64,000 nucleotides of DNA from Pseudomonadales bacterium (GCA_022072145.1 JAJVIG010000016.1:152917-216916), one strand, 5' to 3'; shown: positions 34,223 through 44,453, counted from the first letter of the stretch. The notes: generated by a model from the letters alone, not told the origin. A program made the numbers and translations.

Positions 34223-35167
34223 TCACGCGATGAACTGCAGGAACGCGTCCCAGTCTACCTTGCCCGGATACATAGCCGCCTCCTCGAGCGCGTGTTGCGG
34301 AATCCTGTAGCCCGCCGTGTCCATCGCCTCGGGGAAGTGCGCCAGCGCGTCCTCGATGGTGAGCGGCCGCTCCTGCTGGTGATAGCCCGGCGTGGCGCCG
34401 AGGAAAATGCGCCGGAACCCGCCGCCGCCCACACTGAGGATCTCGCCGTTGCACGGACAGCGCTCGTGCGCGAGCAGCGCCACCACCGGTGCCACCGCTT
34501 CCGGCGGGAACCAGCGTCCCATCGCGCTGCACACCTCCTCGCCCATGTGCACCGTCATGCGGCTCACCGAGATCGGCATGATCACGTTGATGCGCAGGTT
34601 GCGTTCGCGCATCTGTGCCGCCACCGCGGTGCCGCGCGTCATGCCGATCACCGCGCCCTTGGCGGCGGGGTAAGGCACCGCGCTGCCCATGCCGAAGAAC
34701 GATCCCGAAGCGACGTTCACGATACGGCCGTAGTTGCGATCCCACATATGCCGCCACACCGCGCGCATCAGGTGGAAGGTGCCGCCGGCGGCGCTGTAGA
34801 GGTCGGTGCGGAAGTTCTGGTCGCTGACCTGGTCCAGCGTGCCCACCGACGTGACCACGCCGGCGTTGTTGACCAGGATGTCGACCTGCCCCCAGAGATC
34901 CATCGCATGCTGCACGATCTGCGCCGCCGCCTGCGGTTCGGCCACCGAGTTCGGGTCCGCGACCGCGGTGCCGCCGTCGGCGCGGATCTCCGCGGCCACG
35001 GCCCCGGCATAGCCGGGATCGGCGCCGGCGCCGGTGGTATCACCGCCCAGATCGTTGACCAGCACGCGCGCGCCGCGCGCCGCCAGCAGTTTCGCGTAGG
35101 CACGACCGAGCCCGCCACCGGCGCCGGTCACGATCGCCACCTGTCCGTCGAAACGCAGTTCGTCCAT
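34223..35167 (-). CDS. SDR, 3-hydroxyacyl-CoA dehydrogenase-like (MFE-2 N-domain type)
   Basis: 314 aa. AIVTGAGGGLGRAYAKLLAARGARVLVNDLGG, NNAG, YPAAKGAV. Confidence 0.8.
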   Translation of the reverse strand: MDELRFDGQVAIVTGAGGGLGRAYAKLLAARGARVLVNDLGGDTTGAGADPGYAGAVAAEIRADGGTAVADPNSVAEPQAAAQIVQHAMDLWGQVDILVNNAGVVTSVGTLDQVSDQNFRTDLYSAAGGTFHLMRAVWRHMWDRNYGRIVNVASGSFFGMGSAVPYPAAKGAVIGMTRGTAVAAQMRERNLRINVIMPISVSRMTVHMGEEVCSAMGRWFPPEAVAPVVALLAHERCPCNGEILSVGGGGFRRIFLGATPGYHQQERPLTIEDALAHFPEAMDTAGYRIPQHALEEAAMYPGKVDWDAFLQFIA

Positions 35168-35212
35168 CGTCGTTCTCCGTTATGGTCGGCGCGATCGCCG
35201 CGGTGCGTGGAT

Positions 35213-36070
35213 TCAGAAACGGTAGTCGGGCAGCGTGGCGCTGCCGTCGAGCGTGCTCACGCTGTGCTGCCCCAGTTCGCGCAACAGCTCCAGGCTGAGC
35301 ACGATGCGCCCCGACAGTTCGGTGGCCGGTCGCGTGGACAGCGCCAGCGCCGCTTCGGCCATCGCCTCGACCGGCTCGAAGTGCGCGATGTCGTCGATCA
35401 CGCCGGCTTCCAGCGCCCCTTCGCTGGCCACCGCCTCGACCGGCGCCAGCGTGTTGACCGCGATGCCGTGCGGCGCGAGCTCCACCGCAAGCCCCGCGCT
35501 GAGGCGCTCCAGCGCGGCCTTGGTCGAGGCGTACACCGAGGGCCCCATCGCGAGGTTGTAGCCGATGTAGCGCTCGCTGAAGTCGTAGGGCGCCGGATGC
35601 GGCAGGTTCGAGGTCGCGCTCGAGAGGTTCACCACCCAGCCGCCACCGCGCGCCTTCATGCTGTCCAGGCAGCGCTGCGCCAGATGCAGCGGCGTCACCA
35701 CGTTGATCTCCCACGCCAGCCGCAGGTCGCGCGGTCGCTGCTGGTGCGCCGGCTGCCAGCGCCCCCAGGCGGCGTTGTTGACCAGGATGTCGACACCGCC
35801 GAAGGCCTCGATCGTCGCCGGCACGATGCGCTCGCGGTCCTCCTCGCTCGACAGATCGGCGGCAATGCAGACGCACTCGCCGCCCTGCCCGCGGATCCAC
35901 GCGGCCACCGCGTTCAGCGAGCCCGCCAAATGGCTGCCGCCCTCCTCCACGGTGCGCGCCACCAGCGCGACCTTCGCGCCCTCGGCGGCGAAGCGCTTCG
36001 CGATGCCGGCACCGATGCCGCGGCTCGCGCCGGTCACGATCGCCACCCGGTCGGACAGTCTGCCTGCCAT
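35213..36070 (-). CDS. SDR
   Basis: 285 aa. AIVTGASRGIGAGIA, NNAA, YASTKAALE. Confidence 0.85.
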   Translation of the reverse strand: MAGRLSDRVAIVTGASRGIGAGIAKRFAAEGAKVALVARTVEEGGSHLAGSLNAVAAWIRGQGGECVCIAADLSSEEDRERIVPATIEAFGGVDILVNNAAWGRWQPAHQQRPRDLRLAWEINVVTPLHLAQRCLDSMKARGGGWVVNLSSATSNLPHPAPYDFSERYIGYNLAMGPSVYASTKAALERLSAGLAVELAPHGIAVNTLAPVEAVASEGALEAGVIDDIAHFEPVEAMAEAALALSTRPATELSGRIVLSLELLRELGQHSVSTLDGSATLPDYRF

Positions 36071-36224
36071 ACGAATTCTCCCTGTCGTCGTTGCCTTGAT
36101 TCACAGGCTGTCGCGCAACCTCTCGCTGCGCGACGGTGCCCGCGCCGGGCGGCGATTTCACACCCGTGGGACGCCGTGGACCCCAGTTTTCGACTCCGAC
36201 TGCAGTGCTCTTGCGACCGCCATG

Positions 36225-37622
36225 TCAGTGCTGCCGGTAGCGGCGTTGCACGTGTTCCTGCCGGATCGCGATCTGGTGCCTGCGTTCTTCCGGCGTGACG
36301 CGACGCGTGCCGGCCGGCAGCTGCTGCATCAGCTCGGCCAGCGGCACCTTGCGGGCGGTCGCCCACGGCAGGTCCTGCTTCGGGCGCACCGGGTAGGCCC
36401 AGCGCACCGTCATGTACCCCTCGGGGTGCCCGGTGGTGTCCACCCAGTTCGCCACCCCCGGATCCTCGTGCGCGATCACGTAGCGGATCACGTTGTCGTC
36501 GTCGCGCTGCGCCTGCACGCCGTTCAGGCTGCTCTGGTAGTTGGCGAAGTCCAGCGATTCGCCCCACATATTGCCCAGGCTGAAACCGATGTAGTTCGGT
36601 TCGATGGGCTGGTGCAACTCGACGATCATCGCCTCGCCCGGCGCCAGCTCGTAGATGCCGCCGCAGTAGATGTTGGTCGCCATGCCGCCGGCGGTCGCCA
36701 GCGAGGCCGCGTTCGGACGGTTGAAATCGTTGCGCGGAATGAAGCACTGGCCGTCGCCGTTCATGTCGCCGTAGGCCTCGCAGGTCACGGCGTAGAACTC
36801 GTTCCAGAAGTAGACCTGATTGCGTGTCAGTCGCCCGGCTTCCTCCATCTGGCGCGCCGCGTCCGCCGGCGTGTACACCGGCATCGGACGCCCGAGCCGA
36901 TCGTTGCGGTAGATGAACAGATCGAGCAGGTCCTCGTGCTCCCAGTCGCAGAACAGCTCGCGCAGCACCACGAACTGCGCCACGTAGGTCTGCGTCTGCG
37001 TGCTGCCGTCGGGCCGCGTGCGGCAGCGCTCGGTCCGCGTGCGCATGAAGTTGCCGGTGTGGCCCGCGGGACGCTCGGGTGCCAGCAGGATCTCGAAGCT
37101 GCCATCGGCGGCGACCTGGAGCGTGGTGCTGTCGAGCATGTCGCAGTTGGCGCGGGAGCCGGGACGCATCTCGGCGATGCTGCCGCTGTCGCCCGAATAC
37201 CCGCTGGGCGCCTCGAAGATCACGTAGTGCGGCGCCTTGCGCACGCCGCTGGCGGCCGGCTCGCCGCGCCAGTGGCGGGTGTCGCCGGCACGACCGCGGA
37301 TCGTGTAGCCGTGGTTGCCGTCGATCGGCGCCACGAGGTAGATGGCGTCGGCGTTGTCGATCGTCGAGCGGTTCAACGGCTGGATCGCGCGCACGAAGTA
37401 CGGAAACTCGGCCGTTGGCCCCAGCGAGCGTGCCAGCGAGCCGTACAGGAAGCCGAGTACGTAGCGGTAGCCCTCGGCAAGGTTGCGCTCGCCGGGCGGC
37501 GGCGGCCAGCGCTGCGGATCGTCGATCGCCTCGCGCGCCTGCCCCAGCTGTTCGATCAGCGTGTCCCACGCGGCACGCAATTGTCCCGCCGCGGCCGCGG
37601 CGCGTTGTTCGTTGTCGCTCAC
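36225..37622 (-). CDS. DUF1214-like hypothetical protein
   Basis: 465 aa. The GTG start overlaps the sulfotransferase stop (GTGA). C-terminal block IRYVIAHEDPGVANWVDTTGHPEGYMTVRWAYP resembles DUF1214 proteins. Family assignment is from memory only. Confidence 0.55.
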   Translation of the reverse strand: MSDNEQRAAAAAGQLRAAWDTLIEQLGQAREAIDDPQRWPPPPGERNLAEGYRYVLGFLYGSLARSLGPTAEFPYFVRAIQPLNRSTIDNADAIYLVAPIDGNHGYTIRGRAGDTRHWRGEPAASGVRKAPHYVIFEAPSGYSGDSGSIAEMRPGSRANCDMLDSTTLQVAADGSFEILLAPERPAGHTGNFMRTRTERCRTRPDGSTQTQTYVAQFVVLRELFCDWEHEDLLDLFIYRNDRLGRPMPVYTPADAARQMEEAGRLTRNQVYFWNEFYAVTCEAYGDMNGDGQCFIPRNDFNRPNAASLATAGGMATNIYCGGIYELAPGEAMIVELHQPIEPNYIGFSLGNMWGESLDFANYQSSLNGVQAQRDDDNVIRYVIAHEDPGVANWVDTTGHPEGYMTVRWAYPVRPKQDLPWATARKVPLAELMQQLPAGTRRVTPEERRHQIAIRQEHVQRRYRQH

Positions 37623-38791
37623 GATCTGCCCTCCTCGACGGCGGCGGACTGTGCGGTGTCGGCGTCCCAGCCGAAGCGCTCGAACAGCGGCGCCAACCGC
37701 GTGCGGATCTCCCGGCTGTCGAGGCCGAACTCCTCCATGCTGTAGCGGTGCTCGGTCTCGTGCTTGCGCGCCTTGTCCTGTTCCTTCTGCAGCGTGGCGC
37801 GGAACGCATCGCTCACCGTCAGGCCGAGGTCCGCGTACACCTTCTCGATGGTCGCCCTGGGCTGCGCGATCAGCGCGCGGTAATCGACCTCGGCACGCGG
37901 CACCTGCGGATGGCGCGCGAGCACCTCGAGCGGATGCAGATAGGTCTCGAACGATATTTCGACGCTGACGCGGCTCGACTCGAGCGCCTTGCCGGCGTCC
38001 ATGTCGCCGCGCATCTTCCAGCCGGTGTGCAACAACTTCAGCAGGCTGGGGATCGTTTCGTAGGGGTTGCGGTACATGATCACGAAACGCGCGTCCGGGA
38101 ACTCCTCGATCAGCGCCTGCACGCGACCACAGAACACCGGGTTCTTGCTCAGGTGGATCACGTTGCCGCCATTGAGGTAGAGCTGGCGGCGCACGCAGGC
38201 GCGATAGAAACGCATCAGGCGCCGCCGGCTGGCCGGCGGACGCTGGTCGATGTGGAAGAAGTCCACGTCACCCATGTTCGGCACGCGGGTGGACCAGAAA
38301 CCCGAGGCGCAGGAATCGAAGAAGATCAGGTCGTCCTCCTCGGGGATGTCGAGCGCCATGTGGTGGATGTGGCGGATCGGCCCGAACACGCGCTCCTCCC
38401 ACGCCCTCAGCCGACGCTCGATGCGTCGCCCGAACACGGTGCGGTCCAGCCACGCCACCAGATGCACCAGTTTCTTCTCGGTCAGCGAGGGCAACAGCAG
38501 TTCCCAGTACTTGAACGCGCTGAAGCGCCCGTCGGCGCCCATCAGCCGGTGCGTCAGCGTGGTGCCGCTGCGCGCATGGCCGATGATGAACACGGGGTTG
38601 CGCACCTGCTGGAACCAGATGCCGGGGAACAGGATGCCGTCGAGGAAGAAGAACACCGTGTGCGCCAGTGCGCGCAGCGGCACCACCAGCAGCACGTGCT
38701 TCAGCGCACTGCGCCGCCGCGAGGGCTTCTGCTCGCTGGCTGCCGAACGGATCAGCGTCAGCCAGGTCCGGAAATCGAAATAGAAGAGCAT
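37619..38791 (-). CDS. sulfotransferase family protein
   Basis: 390 aa. PAPS 5-prime-phosphosulfate loop IIGHARSGTTLTHRLM. Downstream block LSKNPVFCGRVQALIEEFPDARFVIMYRNPYETIPS. Hydrophobic N-terminus. Confidence 0.7.
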   Translation of the reverse strand: MLFYFDFRTWLTLIRSAASEQKPSRRRSALKHVLLVVPLRALAHTVFFFLDGILFPGIWFQQVRNPVFIIGHARSGTTLTHRLMGADGRFSAFKYWELLLPSLTEKKLVHLVAWLDRTVFGRRIERRLRAWEERVFGPIRHIHHMALDIPEEDDLIFFDSCASGFWSTRVPNMGDVDFFHIDQRPPASRRRLMRFYRACVRRQLYLNGGNVIHLSKNPVFCGRVQALIEEFPDARFVIMYRNPYETIPSLLKLLHTGWKMRGDMDAGKALESSRVSVEISFETYLHPLEVLARHPQVPRAEVDYRALIAQPRATIEKVYADLGLTVSDAFRATLQKEQDKARKHETEHRYSMEEFGLDSREIRTRLAPLFERFGWDADTAQSAAVEEGRS

Positions 38792-38836
38792 AGGGTCACG
38801 CCATCTTTGTTTACTGGTAAGTGAATTGTCCGCGAT

Positions 38837-39811
38837 TCACGGCAGGTGCGGCAACACGCGCGTCTCGAACAGGCGCAGCATGCGCCATGCCTCGTGCACC
38901 GGGATACCCCCCATCAACGGGTTCAGCAGCAGCAGTCCGCGCGGCCCGAGCCGCTGGCCGAGCGCGATCGCCTCCTCCGGCGTCAGCACGCGATACGCCG
39001 GGTTCGCGCGCGCCTGAGCGGGACTCACGCCGCCGCGGTACGGACCGCGTGCCTCGCCGTAGCCCTCCACCGTGAACTGCACGTATTCCTCGATCTGACC
39101 GAGCACGTGCGGCATCAACATCCGCCAGGCGGCTTCCACGTCCTCGGCGACCCACAGGAACACCGGCCCCAGCGGCTGCATCGGACCCGGATCGGGCTTG
39201 CCGAGCGCACGGCACTCGGCGCGGTAGGGCTCCCACAGCGCCGCATCGTGCGGCGTCGCGAAGCCGTCGGCGATGCGCGCCGCACGCCGGGCCGCCGCCA
39301 CGCTGCCGCCGCCGAGCAGGATCCGGGGCGGCGGATCCGGCACCGGCCGGATGCACAGGCTGCGCCCCTCGTTCTCGAAGGTCTCGCCGCTCCACGCGCG
39401 GCGCAGGAACGCGACCGTCTCGCCGACGGTCTTCCAGCGGTCCGCGAGCCGGGTGCCGTAGACATCGCATTCGCGCTGGCGGTAGCCGCCGCCGATCGCG
39501 ATCTCGAAACGCCCGCGGGACACCAGCGACAGCACCGCGGTGTCCTCCGCCAACCGCACCGGGTGGTAGAAAGGTGCCAGCAGCACGTTCGGCCGCATGC
39601 GGATGCGGCGCGTGCGGCCCGCCACGGCCGCACAGCTGACCAGCGGCGAGGGGTTGTAGCCGCTCACCGAGGCGTGATGCTCGCCGAAGTTCGCGCACGC
39701 GAAACCCACCTCGTCGCCCCAGGCACAGATGTCGAGCATCGCCGGGTGCAGCTCGCGGTGCGGCGTGGCGCCGGCCGGGGAGCGCAGTTCGAAAGCCAGG
39801 TGCAGTTCCAT
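38837..39811 (-). CDS. luciferase-like (LLM class) flavin-dependent oxidoreductase
   Basis: In-frame ATG 39811 (MELHLAFELRSP...). VGFACANFGEHH, LAEDTAVLSLVSRGRFEIAIGGGY. Confidence 0.7.
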   Translation of the reverse strand: MELHLAFELRSPAGATPHRELHPAMLDICAWGDEVGFACANFGEHHASVSGYNPSPLVSCAAVAGRTRRIRMRPNVLLAPFYHPVRLAEDTAVLSLVSRGRFEIAIGGGYRQRECDVYGTRLADRWKTVGETVAFLRRAWSGETFENEGRSLCIRPVPDPPPRILLGGGSVAAARRAARIADGFATPHDAALWEPYRAECRALGKPDPGPMQPLGPVFLWVAEDVEAAWRMLMPHVLGQIEEYVQFTVEGYGEARGPYRGGVSPAQARANPAYRVLTPEEAIALGQRLGPRGLLLLNPLMGGIPVHEAWRMLRLFETRVLPHLP

Positions 39812-39937
39812 CCAGTCCTCCGTCGGTTGGCGCCGAAACCGCGTCGCCGCTACGCCGCCTGCACGACCGCCGCGGGAAGCGGGACTGTACAAGTCTGTTA
39901 TATGATCGAACAAATACATTTTCTTCATGTGATGCAC

Positions 39938-40882
39938 ATGGACAAGATCGATATTCGACGCGGCGATCTGCACCTGCTGGTGGTGTTCGATGCCATCTAC
40001 CGCGAAGGCACCGTGACGCGCGCAAGCGACCGGCTGCACGTCACGCAGTCCACGCTGAGCCATTCCCTGCGCCGCCTGCGCGAACTGTTCGGCGACCCGC
40101 TGTTCGAGCGCCACGGCAACGTGATGACGCCGACCCCGAAGGCGCGCAGCCTGATCAGGCCGATCCAGGCCGGCCTGGAAATGCTCGAGAGTTCGGTGAA
40201 CCAGATCGTGCCGTCGCAACCGCGCCGCGTGCGGCAGAAGCTGACGATCGGCATGGACAGCACTGACGTCGCCGGTTTCCTGCCGGAACTGGTCGCGCGC
40301 CAGGACGCGGACTCGGACTACGACATCACCATCGCGCGCTACGAGTTGAACAAGTTCGAAACGCGCCTCGTGACCGGCAAGTTCGACGTGGTGATCCAGC
40401 CGCTGGCGCCGCATTCCGAGCACGTGCGCCACGCGCTGATGACCCGCGAGGGACTGGCGGTCGCCGCCCGCCGTGGCCACCCGGCCGTGGTCGGCGGCGC
40501 GATCGGCTTCGACGACTACATGCGCCAGCGTCATGTGCTGATCACGCCGGGCAACGCCTCGTGGGACCTGGTCGACATGGCGTTCCGCCAGTCGCGGCTG
40601 AACCGCGAGATCCAGGTGCGCTGCCAGGACTACTGGACCGCATGCGAGATCGTCCAACTCACCGACTGCCTGCTGACGGGCACCCGCACCACGATCGGCA
40701 AGATCGCGGGCAGCTTCCCTGAGCTGCAGGTCTGCGCGCCGCCCGCGGAACTGAACATGGAACCGCAGGACGTCTATCTCTACTGGCACGCCGCGCGCGA
40801 GAACGATCCGGCCAACCGCTGGTTGCGTAACAACCTGCTCGCGATCCTCCGGGAAGCCTCGCAGGAAGCCGTATCGAAATGA
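39938..40882 (+). CDS. LysR-family transcriptional regulator
   Basis: MDKIDIRRGDLHLLVVFDAIYREGTVTRASDRLHVTQSTLSHSLRRLRELFGDPLFER. Divergent from the LLM gene. The start could be ATG 39902, 39932 or 39938. Confidence 0.85.
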   Translation: MDKIDIRRGDLHLLVVFDAIYREGTVTRASDRLHVTQSTLSHSLRRLRELFGDPLFERHGNVMTPTPKARSLIRPIQAGLEMLESSVNQIVPSQPRRVRQKLTIGMDSTDVAGFLPELVARQDADSDYDITIARYELNKFETRLVTGKFDVVIQPLAPHSEHVRHALMTREGLAVAARRGHPAVVGGAIGFDDYMRQRHVLITPGNASWDLVDMAFRQSRLNREIQVRCQDYWTACEIVQLTDCLLTGTRTTIGKIAGSFPELQVCAPPAELNMEPQDVYLYWHAARENDPANRWLRNNLLAILREASQEAVSK

Positions 40883-40978
40883 TCGATACACTTGCGATGT
40901 AAACATCTCATTTGATCAATTCTCCCCCGGGCCGCTACCTTCTCGCCGTCCGCCACCCGCCTTCGCCGGCAGGTGCGG

Positions 40979-40996
40979 CCGCATTCGCGAATGCGG
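40979..40996. promoter_or_regulatory. perfect 18-bp palindrome 37 nt upstream of the TonB receptor 2 start (candidate operator)
   Basis: ccgcattcgcgaatgcgg is its own reverse complement. It lies between the lysR-type gene and the receptor gene. Confidence 0.3.
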
Positions 40997-41032
40997 AAAA
41001 CCATTAACGAGAAGTCAAGGGGAGTCGAGTTC

Positions 41033-43678
41033 ATGAGAGATGTCACCATCCGTCCCAGGCGTTCCGTGCTGCTGCTGCAGGCAGCGATCGCCGGCAGCCT
41101 GCTCGGTTCGTACGCCGTCACCGCCAGCGCACAGGAATCCTCGGCAACGGATTCGCTGGGACTGGACGAGATCGTCGTCACCGCGCAGCGGCGCGAGGAA
41201 AACCTCCAGGACGTCTCGGTCGCGATCAGCGCCTTCGACGGCGACGCGCTGCGCCAGCAGAACATCACCAGCGCCTTCGACATCGTCGGCAAGGTTCCCG
41301 GCGTCATGGTCAGCACCGGCGCCGGCCCGCGCAACGCCGAGGTCGTGGTGATCCGCGGCCAGGGCCAGACCTACCTCTCGTCGGTGGGCGTGGTGAACTA
41401 CTTCGCCGAGGTGCCGCTGATCCAGGGCACGATCCAGCCCACCCAGGGCGGTCCCGGCACCTTCTTCGACCTCGAATCGCTGCAGGTCCTGCGCGGCCCG
41501 CAGGGCACGCTGTTCGGCCGCAACACCACCGGCGGCGCGGTGCTGCTGGGGCCGAAGAAGCCCGGCGAGGACTTCGAGGGCTATGTGCAGGCGCAGGCCG
41601 GCAACTACGACGATCGCGAATACGAGGCGGCTGTGAACGTGCCGCTGGTCGCCGAGCGGCTGATGGTGCGCGCCGCGTACAAGGACGTGAGCCGTGACGG
41701 CTTCACCAGGGACGTAGGCCCGCAGGCCTTCGGCTACGACACCGTCTGCGACGTGGACAGCGGCGATTACTGCGGCTTCGGCAACCCGACCGGCGCCGGC
41801 TACGCGGGCAAGGACTACGACAACAAGGACTGGTGGCACGGGCGGGTCAGCGTGCTGTGGCGCCCCACCGATGCAATCGAGAACAACCTGATCGCGCTGC
41901 GTTCGAAGTCCGACGACAACGGCACCGGCATCATCTTCGACGGCGCCGGCCCCGGGCCGAACGTCGCGAACCTGGTCGGCAACATGGCCTACGACTTCAC
42001 CAAGCTGTTCTCGCCGGCAACGATGTTCGACCCGACGATCACCCAGTCGGTGCTGGCACGCCAGGAACAGCTCGGCGAGCGCAAGGTCGCGATGAACACC
42101 GACCAGTTCTACAGCGTCGAACACGAGGCCTACATCGACACGCTGTCGGTGGAGTTCTGCGACACCCTGACCTTCCGCAACATCCTGAGCTATCAGGAAA
42201 TGAAGATCGACTACAACTGGGACCTCGACGGCTCCATCCTGCCGATGCTGTCGCAGCAGTCGCCGTACGTGCCGGCCAACGTGAACAACAACCCCTTCGG
42301 GTCACCCGGAACGCGGGGTAACGTGTCGGACTCCAGCCAGCTCACCGAGGAAGCGCAGCTGATCGGCAAGGCCTTCGACGAGCGTCTCGACTACGTCGCC
42401 GGCATCTACTACGCGAAACTCGAACCCGAGGGATTCCAGGCCACCGGCAGCTTCAACGCCGCCACCGAGGAACCCGGCCTGCCGTACGCGATCGAGATCA
42501 CCAGCAAGGCGGTCTACGCACAGGGCACGCTGCAGCTCGGCCTGCTGTCGGGGTCGCTGGAGGCGTGGAAGCTGACCGTCGGCCTGCGTTACACGGAGGA
42601 CGAGACCGAGGGTTCCCGCTTCAGCAACCGCTACCGCGGTGACCGCATCTACACCGATCCGAACACCTACACTATCCAGGTGCGCAGCGAGACGCTGAAG
42701 TCCGACGAACCGACGTGGACCGTGGGACTCGACTACGACCTCAACGACAGCACCATGCTCTACGGCAAGGTCACGCACGGCTACAAGGCCGGCGGGTTCA
42801 ATTACGCCGGCGTCGGCGGCGTGATGACCTACGAACCGGAACTGGTCACCAACTACGAGCTCGGCGTGAAAACCGACTTCGATCTCGGCGGCATGCCGGC
42901 CCGCGTGAACGCCAACGTGTTCCACCTCGACTACGAGGACCTGCAGCGCGCGGCGGGCAACAACGCCCCGATCGGCAGTTTCGTGAACGGTGTGTGCACC
43001 GGCCCGAACGGCGAGAACTTCGCCGACGTGCCGACCTGCCTCGACCAGGGTGCGATCACCTTCAACGCCGAGCAGGCGTGGATCCGCGGTATCGAGCTCG
43101 AGGCGATGATCCGCCCGACCGGGAACTTCGATCTCTCGGCCAGCTACTCCTACCTCGACGGCGAGTACGACGACTTCGAGCTCACGGTACAGCCCGACCC
43201 GCTGCGCGGCGGCTTCGTGGTCAACACCTGCAACGGGGCGCAGACGGTGCCGTTCATCGGCCAGGCGAGTTTCGTCGCCGACCTCTCGTGCATCCCGATG
43301 CAGAACATCCCCGAGCATACGGCGGCGCTGACCGCACGCTACACGCTCGCGCTCGGCGACGGCGCCGGTGACGTGGTGCTGCTCGCGAACTGGAGCTACC
43401 GCGGCAAGGTCTACACCTCGGCGACCACGCATCCCAAGGACGACCCGGGCGCGTGGCTCGACGGCTACGACGTGCTGAACCTCTCGGCCGAGTGGAACGG
43501 CGTGCTGGGATCGAACGTCGATTTGCGCGCCTTCGTGAACAACGCCACCGACGAGACCTACGCGGTGTACTCGTACATCGGTCTGCAGCAGTCGAGCGGT
43601 TTCGTGAACTCGACCTACGGCGAACCACGCATGTACGGTGTGTCGCTGCGCTACCGCTTCGGCGCACTGGGAGGCTGA
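41033..43678 (+). CDS. TonB-dependent receptor (paralogue 2)
   Basis: In-frame ATG 41033 after AAGGGGAG. Signal peptide ...SYAVTASAQE, plug LDEIVVTAQRREENLQDVSVAISAFDG...LQVLRGPQGTLFGRNTTGGAVLL. Ends YGVSLRYRF+GALGG. About two-thirds identical by eye to paralogue 1 over the N-terminal 200 aa. Confidence 0.9.
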   Translation: MRDVTIRPRRSVLLLQAAIAGSLLGSYAVTASAQESSATDSLGLDEIVVTAQRREENLQDVSVAISAFDGDALRQQNITSAFDIVGKVPGVMVSTGAGPRNAEVVVIRGQGQTYLSSVGVVNYFAEVPLIQGTIQPTQGGPGTFFDLESLQVLRGPQGTLFGRNTTGGAVLLGPKKPGEDFEGYVQAQAGNYDDREYEAAVNVPLVAERLMVRAAYKDVSRDGFTRDVGPQAFGYDTVCDVDSGDYCGFGNPTGAGYAGKDYDNKDWWHGRVSVLWRPTDAIENNLIALRSKSDDNGTGIIFDGAGPGPNVANLVGNMAYDFTKLFSPATMFDPTITQSVLARQEQLGERKVAMNTDQFYSVEHEAYIDTLSVEFCDTLTFRNILSYQEMKIDYNWDLDGSILPMLSQQSPYVPANVNNNPFGSPGTRGNVSDSSQLTEEAQLIGKAFDERLDYVAGIYYAKLEPEGFQATGSFNAATEEPGLPYAIEITSKAVYAQGTLQLGLLSGSLEAWKLTVGLRYTEDETEGSRFSNRYRGDRIYTDPNTYTIQVRSETLKSDEPTWTVGLDYDLNDSTMLYGKVTHGYKAGGFNYAGVGGVMTYEPELVTNYELGVKTDFDLGGMPARVNANVFHLDYEDLQRAAGNNAPIGSFVNGVCTGPNGENFADVPTCLDQGAITFNAEQAWIRGIELEAMIRPTGNFDLSASYSYLDGEYDDFELTVQPDPLRGGFVVNTCNGAQTVPFIGQASFVADLSCIPMQNIPEHTAALTARYTLALGDGAGDVVLLANWSYRGKVYTSATTHPKDDPGAWLDGYDVLNLSAEWNGVLGSNVDLRAFVNNATDETYAVYSYIGLQQSSGFVNSTYGEPRMYGVSLRYRFGALGG

Positions 43679-43761
43679 TCCCCGCGCCACCGTCCCCGGA
43701 CCGTCCGCCGTCCCCCCGGGGCGGGCGGTCCGGGACCACCCCGCCAAGGGAGGAGATCCGG

Positions 43762-44439
43762 ATGAAAGCTACTTATCTTCGCGACACACCGCTGACGGGT
43801 CTGCTGGACCCGTTCGGCGAGGCGTGGTCGCGTGTGAACACCGAAACCCTGGCGCTGAGCGGCACGCCGTCGGCGCTGCAACCCACGGCGGCCGTGCGCG
43901 TGGCGTTTCCCGAAGGCACGATCGGCGCGATCCGCAGCGCCGAACTCGCCGTGGCGCACAACGGCAGCGAGATCGCGTTCCGCCTGCGCTGGGCAGATGC
44001 CTCGATGAACACCGCCGCCGCCGGGGAGGACGACACGCTGTTCCCCGACGGCGCCGCCCTGCTCTTCCCGGCCGCTCCCGGTGCGCCGCTGATGTCGATG
44101 GGCGCCCCCGGCAAACCGGTCACCGCCTGGTACTGGCGCGCCGACGAGCCCGATCGGGGCCGCCACGTCAGCGCGCAGGGACTCGGCAGCTCCGACACCC
44201 TCGATCGCGAACTGGTCAAGGTCGCCGGCGTCCACCGCGACGGCCACTGGCACGTGGTGATCGCGCGCGCCCTTGCCGTGGCGAAGGGACCGGCCACCGT
44301 GCGGCTCGTCCCCGGACAGGCCACCCCGTTCAGCCTCGCGATCTGGGAAGGCGGACACCGCGAACGCGCCGGCATCAAGGCCTTCGCGATGGGCCAGCAC
44401 GACGGCTGGCACGAACTCATCCTCGACCCGCAGGCCTGA
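43762..44439 (+). CDS. haem-b gamma subunit of a type II DMSO-reductase-family enzyme (ethylbenzene-dehydrogenase gamma / EB_dh-like)
   Basis: In-frame ATG 43762 after GGGAGGAG. 225 aa. FPDGAALLFPAAPGAPLMSMGAPGKPVTAWYWRAD and FSLAIWEGGHRERAGIKAFAMG carry candidate Met/Lys haem ligands. No obvious signal peptide. Confidence 0.7.
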   Translation: MKATYLRDTPLTGLLDPFGEAWSRVNTETLALSGTPSALQPTAAVRVAFPEGTIGAIRSAELAVAHNGSEIAFRLRWADASMNTAAAGEDDTLFPDGAALLFPAAPGAPLMSMGAPGKPVTAWYWRADEPDRGRHVSAQGLGSSDTLDRELVKVAGVHRDGHWHVVIARALAVAKGPATVRLVPGQATPFSLAIWEGGHRERAGIKAFAMGQHDGWHELILDPQA

Positions 44440-44453
44440 ACCCCGGAGGCGAC

